Shown here one piece after another: positions 17,786 through 25,832 of a stretch of 64,000 nucleotides of DNA. The stretch is from a virus. Under the pieces are notes generated by a model, which was given only the letters and a program-made list of their open reading frames with translations, was not told where the DNA came from and searched no databases. The DNA is taken from the IMG/VR virus record IMGVR_UViG_3300047994_000054, positions 6,109 to 70,108 of that record; one strand, 5' to 3'. Positions within the stretch are counted from its first letter, which is position 1. Every line of letters starts with the position of its first letter. Position numbers and translations under genes: made by a program.

Positions 17786-17854
17786 TTCATCTGGCCATTC
17801 GTACACGCTATGCGATCATAAGGGCTGGACGACCCGCGAAGTCCACCCTATGAT

Positions 17855-17870
17855 GTGTACGATTGTCCAC
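17855..17870 (+). promoter_or_regulatory. Operator copy GTGTACGATTGTCCAC
   Basis: About 25 bp upstream of the LexA-like gene. Confidence 0.6.
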
Positions 17871-17894
17871 TGATTGGACAGATGGAGGACTAGC

Positions 17895-18176
17895 ATGAGT
17901 GTCGCTGAGATCGAGAGCACGCCGCATGAGGCTGCACTTGCCCAGCACAAGCAGTGGCTGCACAAGACGATCCTGCGGTTCATCCACAGGTACCTCGAGA
18001 AGAACCACTGCGCTCCGTCGTGGGACGAGATCGCGGAGGCTGCTGGGTTCGCCAGCAAGTCCGGCGTCACCCGCCATGTCCAGGAGATGGCTGAACTCGG
18101 ACTCATCTACTACCACCCCGGCCGCTACCGCTCGCTCGCGGTGACACCCGCCGGGCTCCAGCTGATCGGCAAGTAG
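17895..18176 (+). CDS. LexA-like DNA-binding domain protein (no peptidase domain)
   Basis: ILRFIHRY......PSWDEIAEAAGFASKSGVTRHV..M...G.I...PGRYRSL. Confidence 0.85.
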   Translation: MSVAEIESTPHEAALAQHKQWLHKTILRFIHRYLEKNHCAPSWDEIAEAAGFASKSGVTRHVQEMAELGLIYYHPGRYRSLAVTPAGLQLIGK

Positions 18177-18200
18177 ACGCACGTGGCGGGGAGGAAGGCG

Positions 18201-18749
18201 ATGTCGATCGTGATGCAGCGGACCCTTGAGGGCGTTGCGGTCGACACTGCCTCGGGCGTGAAGGCCGGCGTGGTGCTGATCCAGCGCCTCGGCAACCCGG
18301 ATCAGTGTCTGTGCATACACGAGTCCACCGTGCGGTCGCTGGACCGGGAGGAGGTCCAGTACCTAGGCGGCCTCACCGTCGGGCCGATGCGGCTCGCCCT
18401 GCGCAAGGAACTCATCAAGATGCGTGCGAACGGTGTCGAGAACGGTCGGGTCGACTTCCAGGCCAAGCAACCCATCCCGCCCAGGCGTACGCCGATCCCG
18501 GCGTCGTCACGGGCGCGCGCGCCGAAGTACGCCGGCCGGGTGGAGCTCGCGCAGGAGAACATGACTCAGCTGATCTCGGACATGGCCACGGCGATCGAGG
18601 ACGGTGACGTTAGCGACGTCACGAGCGCGCGCTTCGCCCAGCGCTACTCGCAGATGCGCGAGGAGATCACGGCCATGCGCGCCGCTGTCGATGCCTTGGA
18701 AGGGTCTTGGGAGTTGGTCCAGTCCCAGATGATCAGGTTGATGGGATGA
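18201..18749 (+). CDS. Hypothetical protein
   Basis: GGAGG SD, C-terminal coiled coil. Confidence 0.65.
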   Translation: MSIVMQRTLEGVAVDTASGVKAGVVLIQRLGNPDQCLCIHESTVRSLDREEVQYLGGLTVGPMRLALRKELIKMRANGVENGRVDFQAKQPIPPRRTPIPASSRARAPKYAGRVELAQENMTQLISDMATAIEDGDVSDVTSARFAQRYSQMREEITAMRAAVDALEGSWELVQSQMIRLMG

Positions 18750-19090
18750 ACGATCCGCTGGAGGTCGAGATGTTCCGACGCAAGAAGAAGCCGTCACCGG
18801 CCTCGTGGCTGCTCGAGCGCGACGCTCGCCATGCGCACTTCTACGAGTGCTGGCCGACCGGCTTCTTCCACGGCTGCGCACTGCTGGCCAAGGACACCAC
18901 GCCGGAAACCTTGGTGGAGCAGGACGGCCGCTCCTGGGGACCCGTCTGGAAGTACGCCGAGCCGGACCACAACACCCTCACGCTGGTGCGCGACGAGGAG
19001 GACGCGATCGTCTTCATCCCGATCCCCGATGACGACACCGCCCATCGCCTGACCGCCGAGGTCGGGCTCCTCCAGGAGCAGCCCGCATGA
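18746..19090 (+). CDS. Hypothetical protein
   Basis: ATGA overlaps. Confidence 0.55.
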   Translation: MNDPLEVEMFRRKKKPSPASWLLERDARHAHFYECWPTGFFHGCALLAKDTTPETLVEQDGRSWGPVWKYAEPDHNTLTLVRDEEDAIVFIPIPDDDTAHRLTAEVGLLQEQPA

Positions 19091-19389
19091 GCTGGGGCGA
19101 CAACATCATGGTCAGCGGGGTCAACACGAGTCCGAACACGAATCCGAACCTCGCGACAGCGACAGGGATAACGTCGGTCACCCTTGACGAGCTGATCCCC
19201 AAGCCCGTGAAGATGCAGGTCATCCTGCACCCGAAGGAGGAGGGCGACGACCCGCCGATCATCGACATCGAGGCGCCGCCCGGCTCCTTCGTGCGGGTCA
19301 ACTTCATCACCGGCACCGTCACGCTCCAGACGCCTGATGGCAGCAAGCCGAGGATGTTCGACCGCGACACCGGCGAGGAGATCGAGTGA
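19087..19389 (+). CDS. Hypothetical protein
   Basis: AGGAG SD, overlaps neighbours. Confidence 0.6.
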   Translation: MSWGDNIMVSGVNTSPNTNPNLATATGITSVTLDELIPKPVKMQVILHPKEEGDDPPIIDIEAPPGSFVRVNFITGTVTLQTPDGSKPRMFDRDTGEEIE

Positions 19390-19817
19390 GGCGCGATGTC
19401 CCGGTCGCTGCCCAGCAGCCGGCTGGAGCCATCTCCACCGTCGCCCACGACGAATGGACCTTGCGCCTGCCGTTCGAGCGCCCGCTGTCACTGAACGCCC
19501 GTCAGCACCACTACGCCAAAGCGCGCGAGGTGGCCGAGTGGGTCGACGCGGTGCTGTGGCTGGCGAAGGGCGCGCGCATCCCGTCGTGCCAGCGCATCCT
19601 GGTCGAGCTGCACTGGATTCCCGGCACGAACCGACGTCGTGACCCTGACAATCCAGTGGCTGCCTACAAACCTTGTGTCGACGCCTTGGTGCGAGCTCAC
19701 GTCGTGGTCGACGACACGCTGGAGTACGTCGAGCGGGTCTTCCCAGTGATCCACCCGTCCGACCCGAAGCGCCGGCCGAACGACCGGGTCTTCCTGCGCA
19801 TCGTGAAGCTCGCCTGA
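19386..19817 (+). CDS. RusA-like Holliday junction resolvase
   Basis: LSLN...RRRDPDN....KPCVDALV....VVDD. Confidence 0.8.
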   Translation: MRRDVPVAAQQPAGAISTVAHDEWTLRLPFERPLSLNARQHHYAKAREVAEWVDAVLWLAKGARIPSCQRILVELHWIPGTNRRRDPDNPVAAYKPCVDALVRAHVVVDDTLEYVERVFPVIHPSDPKRRPNDRVFLRIVKLA

Positions 19818-20026
19818 TGTGTCGCAGCAACGTCAGCGAGGAGGCCGAACCGGCGCTGGCGGCACTGCTCGTTGACCTCGCTCAAGCTGGCTCAGCAAGA
19901 AGGCTGTGATCCGTCCCAGGTCCTGATAGGTCCGGTGGACTTCGGTCCAGAGAGCTAGAAGATCCCGGCGCTGATTCAGCGCCAACGACCGTTCTCGGCT
20001 GTATGGTCGCTTGCTGTGAGCCGCAC

Positions 20027-20689
20027 ATGACCGCTACAGCGACCCCGCCGGTGATCGGCATGGCTGCTCCGCCCGCTCTTGTCCGGGTTCGCACCAGTTC
20101 CGGCCAGGACATGCACGTGCAGTCCAGGGACGAGGCGAAGTTCTACTCGGGCCAGCAGCAGAAGTACCTGGCAGAGCACAAGTTCACGGCCATCACGGAC
20201 CTGCTGGATCTCGACCGGCTGCTGTTCTTCGAGCTGCTGAACCACCGCGCGACGGTGCAGCTGTCGTCAGGGCGCAACGCACTGGGTCACACCCTGACGC
20301 TCAGCGAGGAAGCCGACTGCCGGCGTGCCATCAAGGAGGCCGCGCCGCAGATCAGCTCCCTCAAGAACGACCTCGGCATGACCAAGAGCCAGCGCGACAA
20401 GGAGCAGTACGAGTCGGTGGGCTCGTATCTGGTCCAACTGCGAGCTCGAGCTGCCGAGTTCGGCGTTCATCGCCAGAACCAGGTCACCAAGGCCCTCGCG
20501 CTCATCAACGAGCTCTACTCGCTCGTCGGCGCCTACGACCGCAGTGACGAGTCCGAACGTCAGAAGCTCGGCCTGGAGAGCGCCGACGACATCCTGGAGT
20601 GGATCAGGACCGTGATGCGGCCCGAGTTCGATGCGATCGACCAGCACTTCCGCCAGAACCAGCAACGGACCTGGATACGTGAGTTATGA
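20027..20689 (+). CDS. Putative terminase small subunit
   Basis: Helical, with LGMTKSQR motif, upstream of TerL. Confidence 0.45.
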   Translation: MTATATPPVIGMAAPPALVRVRTSSGQDMHVQSRDEAKFYSGQQQKYLAEHKFTAITDLLDLDRLLFFELLNHRATVQLSSGRNALGHTLTLSEEADCRRAIKEAAPQISSLKNDLGMTKSQRDKEQYESVGSYLVQLRARAAEFGVHRQNQVTKALALINELYSLVGAYDRSDESERQKLGLESADDILEWIRTVMRPEFDAIDQHFRQNQQRTWIREL

Positions 20690-20705
20690 CCTATAAGATG
20701 CACGG

Positions 20706-21203
20706 ATGCCCCGAGCGGCCAACTACAACTTCTTGGATAGATTCTGGGCGCGCGTCGATGTCCGAGGGCCGGAAGACTGTTGGGAGTGGACTGGGTTCCG
20801 CTTCCACGACAACTACGGTGGCGTCGGCTACAAGGTCAACGGTCGCACCCTCACCCCTCGAGCTCATGTCATCTCGCTCTTCATCGCCAGTGGCCAAGAT
20901 GCTGGTGGTCGATACGCCTTGCATCACTGCGACAACCCGCCGTGCTGCAATCCGGCACACCTCTACTGGGGCAGTCAGCGACAGAACATCGCTGACATGG
21001 ATTCCCGTGGTCGTGCGAACCGCCCTGTCCTGCAAGGCGTTCAGCAGGCTAAGGCCAAGCTCACTGATGCAGACGTCGTCGCTATTCGGGCGGCGTATGC
21101 AGCTAGTGGCGTCACACAGCAGGTGCTCGCTGCGCAGTCCGGCGTCTCGCAGTTCGCGATCTCGTCTGTTATCCGTCGTGCAGCTTGGTCACACGTCCCC
21201 TGA
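20706..21203 (+). CDS. HNH homing endonuclease with C-terminal HTH
   Basis: RFWARVD...CWEWTG...HHCDNPPCCNPAHL..G...NIADM; AKLT; atypical codon use. Confidence 0.92.
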   Translation: MPRAANYNFLDRFWARVDVRGPEDCWEWTGFRFHDNYGGVGYKVNGRTLTPRAHVISLFIASGQDAGGRYALHHCDNPPCCNPAHLYWGSQRQNIADMDSRGRANRPVLQGVQQAKAKLTDADVVAIRAAYAASGVTQQVLAAQSGVSQFAISSVIRRAAWSHVP

Positions 21204-21225
21204 GATACGGGAGATTTAGGTGGTC

Positions 21226-21840
21226 ATGTCAGCGCAGGACGCCGACACCTACGAACGCACCAACCGACGCCGGCCGACGCTCGAGGAGCGCGGCGTCACG
21301 GTCAGCGAGCGGCCGAAGGGCAAGACCAAGGCCGATCTGGCCAACGTCGACCAGTTCCCGAGCATGAAAGCCGGCATCTCGGAGTGGGTGGAGCGCTTCG
21401 ACCAGCGCCCGGACATCCTGCACGCCATCCTGGGCGACATCTTCCGCACCGTCCGCTACAAGGACGAGGGCCGTGTCGATGGCCGTCGAGGGCCGCTCAC
21501 CAACGCGTCGCTCGACGAACTGAGCGCGATGATCACGCCGCGCTACTCCCAGGAGCCGTTCGCCGTCGCGATCAAGGAGCTCATCGGCGACCGGTCGCTG
21601 CGACAGTTCGCCATGAAGGTGCCGATCGACCACCGCGAGCTGTCTCGGCTGATCCGTGGGGAGCGCGAGCTCACGCGCTATCGGCTCGAGCGCATCGCCG
21701 CAGCCGGCAAGGTGGCACCCGCGTTCTTCTGCGAGTGGCGCACGCTCTACTTCACCGAGACCTTGGCGGCGGTCTTCGCCCAGCGCCCGAACCTGTCCAT
21801 CGGCGTGGTCCGCAGGATGAGCCAGGTGAGTCGCTGGTGA
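21226..21840 (+). CDS. XRE-like HTH protein
   Basis: SLRQFAMKVPIDHRELSRLIRGE...LERIA. Confidence 0.7.
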   Translation: MSAQDADTYERTNRRRPTLEERGVTVSERPKGKTKADLANVDQFPSMKAGISEWVERFDQRPDILHAILGDIFRTVRYKDEGRVDGRRGPLTNASLDELSAMITPRYSQEPFAVAIKELIGDRSLRQFAMKVPIDHRELSRLIRGERELTRYRLERIAAAGKVAPAFFCEWRTLYFTETLAAVFAQRPNLSIGVVRRMSQVSRW

Positions 21841-22400
21841 AGGACCTCATCGCCAAGGCCATGAAGGAAGCGCATACCGACTCGAAGCTCTCCACGGCAC
21901 TGCGCGAGTCCTATCTGGTCGCCCTCGCCAGCAGGCTGGAGAGCCCGGACCGCCTCAGGGCCGTGTGGAACACGAGCTTCCTGGAGCGCTCGACCCACGA
22001 CAAGCTCGGCGCCATCGTCTCGACCGCGTCGATGCTGCTCGGGGCGCCGTACGGCAACGTCACGATGCTCGGCACGGACGGCAACTTCGTCGTGGTCAGC
22101 GTCCCTGACGACGTCCCGACAGCGGGCGCCGGCCACCAGGACCAGGAGGCCAGCTTCTGTCAGCACGTCAGTGACGGTGAGCCGTTCGTGGTGGACGACG
22201 CCACGGTGAACCTGCTGGTCTGCGTGAGCTTCACGACCGTCGTGGGTGGGGTTCGCAGCTACCTCGGTGTTCCGGTGACCTGGGGTGATGAGGTGGTGGG
22301 CAGCCTCTGCGTCTTCGACGTCAAGAGTCGCAGCTGGTCCCAGGCCGACGTGCGGATGTTGGCCGCACTGGCGCTGTCAGTGGAGGAAGTCCTCGCATGA
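21837..22400 (+). CDS. Stand-alone GAF-domain protein
   Basis: RLRAV..., SFCQHV....PFVVDDA, VRSYLGVPV....VGSLCVFD.K.R.W; GTGA and ATGA overlaps. Confidence 0.85.
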   Translation: MKDLIAKAMKEAHTDSKLSTALRESYLVALASRLESPDRLRAVWNTSFLERSTHDKLGAIVSTASMLLGAPYGNVTMLGTDGNFVVVSVPDDVPTAGAGHQDQEASFCQHVSDGEPFVVDDATVNLLVCVSFTTVVGGVRSYLGVPVTWGDEVVGSLCVFDVKSRSWSQADVRMLAALALSVEEVLA

Positions 22401-25060
22401 GCGTCCTGACGGACCTCACCGACGAGGAGTGCGCACTGCTGGCGATCCTCGACGACCCGTCCGGCATCGAGCTCGCAGAGTTCTGCTTTCTGGACGAGAC
22501 GCCCGGCAAGGCGGACCCGTGCTTCCGAGTGCGCGACTACCAGTGGACCTGGTGGACGACGGAGGAGCGCTACCAGATCGACTACTGCTCCCGTGACGTC
22601 GGGAAAGCTCTAGCGACCTCTACGCCACTGCCCACTCCGACCGGCTGGAAGCGCATGGGGGACGTTCGCCCCGGAGACCTGGTGTACGACGAGCGTGGCG
22701 AGCTAACACGCGTGCTCGCTGTGCATCCACAACCCGATGGCCGTCCTACTAATCGCGTGATGTTCGACGATGGTTCCGACCTCTACGCCGACGACGACCA
22801 TCTCTGGGTCACCAGTACGAAGACTGAGCGACGACGTCGACAGGACGGCGTCGTGCGTACGACCGCCGAGATCGCTGCGACACTGCGCGTCGGCAAGGAG
22901 GCGAACCACTCGATTCAGGCTGGCGCTCGGCTGCAAGGCGTGACCGTCGACACCGAGATCGACCCTTACATCCTCGGCTACTGGCTCGGCGACGGTGCAA
23001 GCCAGAGCGGGCACCTGACGGTGGGGCCGCAAGACGTCACCGAGGTGAGCGAGCTGGTAGCCGAGGCCGGCTGGTCTCTCGCGCCGCTGCGTCCCATGTA
23101 CTACCGGATTGCGGTGCCCGGAGTCGACAAGTACACCTGGAAGATGCAGAGCTGCTCAGCGCGACTGCGACGGCTCGGCGTACTGAACGACAAGAACGTT
23201 CCTGCGCACTTCCAGCGTGCTGACGTGCGGCAGCGCATCGCGCTGCTTCAAGGTCTGATGGACAGCGACGGGCATGTGACGCCGACCGGACGCTGTGAGA
23301 TCACGCTGTCGAACCATCGACTCGCTCGAGACGTCGCTGAGCTTCTGCGCGGCCTGGGGCAGAAGGTCTACTGGTCCGAGTGCCGGTCGACGCTCAACGG
23401 GAGGGACTGCGGGCCGTGCTGGCGGATCGGGTTCCTGCCGCTGGACATCCAGCCGTTTCGCCTGCGTCGCAAGGCTGATCGGATCAGGCCGACGGTTCAG
23501 AACTCCCGCCTGTCACGGCGCTACATCGTCGGCGTGGAGCGGGTTCCCTCGATGCCGATGGTTTGCATCGAAGTCGGGGCGAAGTCGCACCAGTTCCTCG
23601 CTGGTGAGGGGATGATCCCCACCCATAACAGTCAGGGGATTCAACTGCGTGCATTTGCCTTTCCGTTCAACTTCCCCGGCCAGGAAATGCTCATCACTGC
23701 GCCGCAGCTCAATCACCTTGGCCCGATCGTGGACAAAATCGAGAAACTGTTCATGCGCGTGCGCCTTGGTCGGGAAATGCTCCCGAAGATCAAGGGTGGG
23801 GGAATCAAACATCAACCGCAGTTCCAAGCGAGTTTCATCAACGGCGCGGTTATCATGGGTCGACTTCCGGGTCCGACTGGTGCCGGGGCCAAGGGACAGC
23901 ACTCCCACCGTCTCGAGATGGATGAGGCGCAAGACTACCCCCAGCAGGGCTGGATGGAGCTCGTCGAGACCATGAAGGACACGCCCGGCGCGCAATGGCG
24001 AGCGCACGGCGTTTCACGTGGCGTCCGGGACATGTACTACCGGCTGACCAACCGGCTCGACCCGGATCTGCCGTTCTACGTCCACCGCTACATGGCCATG
24101 CATCGGCCCGGCTGGACCGCCGAGGAGCGGAAGTCCAAGATCGCCATCTACGGCGGCTCCCGCGACAACCCTGATTACAAGCGCAATGTTTACGGCGAGC
24201 ACGGCGACGTCACTAACCCGGTCTTTGTGCTCGCACGGCTGATGGCCTGCGTCCGCAATCTGGAGTCGACCTGGGCCGTCGAGTACAACGAGAACGTCTA
24301 CGCGAAGCGCAAGCTCGAATGGGAGTACGTCGAGCACTCCGGAATGCCGATCACGGCGCACCTCAAGCTCCCGCAGACCCACCTGCTTGAGGGCTACAAG
24401 TCGTTCTGGGGCGGCATGGACGTCGGCTTCACCAACGACCCGAGCGAGCTGCTGATCTTCGGCCAGATCAGAGTGAAGGACAAGGACGTCATGCGGCTGC
24501 TCACCCGCATCCACATGATGCGTATCCCGGCACCTGACCAGGCTGCGGTCATCAACGAGGTCATCCAGTTCTACGGGCCGCGCCTGCGCGCGATCAGCCT
24601 AGACAAGACCGGCAACGGCCTGCCGATCTGGCAGGAGACCATCCGTGGCGGCCGGCTGCACCAGCACGAGGCCAAGATCAAGGGCTACGGCTTCTCCGAG
24701 AAGAAGGCTGTGGCGTATGACGATCGTCCGCTCGAGGGTCGGGAGAAGCCCGAGGACGCGATGATCCAGAAGAACGTCATCGAGTTCGCCACCGACGAGC
24801 TGCGCGGCCTGGTCGACGCCGGCATGATCGAGCTCCCGTTCGACCAGGAGCTGCTCACGGAGTTCCAGGGCCAGGTCGTCGTCTACGCCCGTGACGAGTC
24901 CGACCGCACGAAGCGCTCGAGCAGGTACGGCGGTGGGTCGTTCCACACGCTCGACAGCGCGAAGCTGGCGATCCTGGGCAAGAGCCTGGAGACGATCGAG
25001 GCCAACATGGCGCCCCGGCGGCGGCGCGGACCCGTGCTGGATCAGTTCCTCGGCGCGTGA
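22397..25060 (+). CDS. terL: Terminase large subunit with intein
   Basis: RDVGK/S Walker A split by the intein, MDEAQD Walker B, GMDVG nuclease motif. Confidence 0.88.
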   Translation: MSVLTDLTDEECALLAILDDPSGIELAEFCFLDETPGKADPCFRVRDYQWTWWTTEERYQIDYCSRDVGKALATSTPLPTPTGWKRMGDVRPGDLVYDERGELTRVLAVHPQPDGRPTNRVMFDDGSDLYADDDHLWVTSTKTERRRRQDGVVRTTAEIAATLRVGKEANHSIQAGARLQGVTVDTEIDPYILGYWLGDGASQSGHLTVGPQDVTEVSELVAEAGWSLAPLRPMYYRIAVPGVDKYTWKMQSCSARLRRLGVLNDKNVPAHFQRADVRQRIALLQGLMDSDGHVTPTGRCEITLSNHRLARDVAELLRGLGQKVYWSECRSTLNGRDCGPCWRIGFLPLDIQPFRLRRKADRIRPTVQNSRLSRRYIVGVERVPSMPMVCIEVGAKSHQFLAGEGMIPTHNSQGIQLRAFAFPFNFPGQEMLITAPQLNHLGPIVDKIEKLFMRVRLGREMLPKIKGGGIKHQPQFQASFINGAVIMGRLPGPTGAGAKGQHSHRLEMDEAQDYPQQGWMELVETMKDTPGAQWRAHGVSRGVRDMYYRLTNRLDPDLPFYVHRYMAMHRPGWTAEERKSKIAIYGGSRDNPDYKRNVYGEHGDVTNPVFVLARLMACVRNLESTWAVEYNENVYAKRKLEWEYVEHSGMPITAHLKLPQTHLLEGYKSFWGGMDVGFTNDPSELLIFGQIRVKDKDVMRLLTRIHMMRIPAPDQAAVINEVIQFYGPRLRAISLDKTGNGLPIWQETIRGGRLHQHEAKIKGYGFSEKKAVAYDDRPLEGREKPEDAMIQKNVIEFATDELRGLVDAGMIELPFDQELLTEFQGQVVVYARDESDRTKRSSRYGGGSFHTLDSAKLAILGKSLETIEANMAPRRRRGPVLDQFLGA
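22607..23629 (+). mobile_element. Class 3 intein with LAGLIDADG endonuclease (341 aa)
   Basis: Starts ALA, ends THN/S; HLW, VCIEV and PTHN give the W-C-T triad; LGYWLGDG and LQGLMDSDG motifs. Confidence 0.9.
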
Positions 25061-25254
25061 ACCGGCTTGTGGTAGCCGGGGCACGCCTGGGCGTGACCGT
25101 CTTGGCTTGAGGCGCACAGCCGGGCGGCGTTCGGCTGCATCGGCAGGTAGGTCTGGATGCGCTTGCAGTGCGCGCAGACCACCACAAGCCCGTCCGTCTC
25201 GCTGAGGTCCCAGACGAGGTGACAGACGGGCCGAGGGCGCTGGAATCCGGCCAT
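25042..25254 (-). CDS. Small antisense Cys/His protein
   Basis: CAHC...GHAQAC; fills the gap after terL. Confidence 0.45.
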   Translation of the reverse strand: MAGFQRPRPVCHLVWDLSETDGLVVVCAHCKRIQTYLPMQPNAARLCASSQDGHAQACPGYHKPVHAPRN

Positions 25255-25322
25255 GGAAGCGCACTCTAGGCGCTTACTTCGCGCTTACATAGACCCCCGT
25301 CTGACCTGCGTGTTCATACCAA

Positions 25323-25352
25323 AATCGAGCAGAATCGAGCAGAATCGAGCAG
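25323..25352. repeat. AATCGAGCAG x3
   Basis: Perfect 10 bp tandem repeat. Confidence 0.9.
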
Positions 25353-25384
25353 TTCCCATCCGCGATGTGTCGAAGGAGATCCAC

Positions 25385-25819
25385 ATGGTCCAGTCAGTCG
25401 CGAAGGGCAACGAGAGCGATGGCTTCGTTGACCTCAGCACCCCCGCGGACCCCGCCCTGCTCGCCGCGCTCGCCGACGACATGGCACCGCTCACGCCAAG
25501 CCAGCCGCTCGACCAGACCACGCTGACGCCAGCCGGCATGACGCGAGCCTCCGTGCTCAATGAGCTCGGCGTCATCAAGGCCGCGATGCGCACCTGGTTC
25601 GACAAGATGCCCGACCAGGTCATGCGCGAGGCCAGCGCCTACTCGGCGCGCTGCACCGAGCTGTGGACCGAGTTGCGTCTCGTCGAGCAGGACGACCGCC
25701 GATTCACCCAGCTCCGCACCATGCAGGTGACGCCCGTCCTCGAGGAGATCGACCGCCAGGTCAGCATGGCCAAGAGCCGCATCGCGATCATGCGGCAAGA
25801 CCTCGACATGATCCGTTAG
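25385..25819 (+). CDS. Hypothetical helical protein
   Basis: GAAGGAG SD; MVQSVAK start. Confidence 0.7.
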   Translation: MVQSVAKGNESDGFVDLSTPADPALLAALADDMAPLTPSQPLDQTTLTPAGMTRASVLNELGVIKAAMRTWFDKMPDQVMREASAYSARCTELWTELRLVEQDDRRFTQLRTMQVTPVLEEIDRQVSMAKSRIAIMRQDLDMIR

Positions 25820-25832
25820 CGATGGAGAGCCC

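Noticed and set aside
20690-21225. Group I intron around the HNH
   Set aside because: Flanks are too short for an intron core and the upstream gene has its own stop.
21384-21836. N-terminal extension of the GAF gene
   Set aside because: Overlaps the HTH gene out of frame; the real start is GTG 21837.
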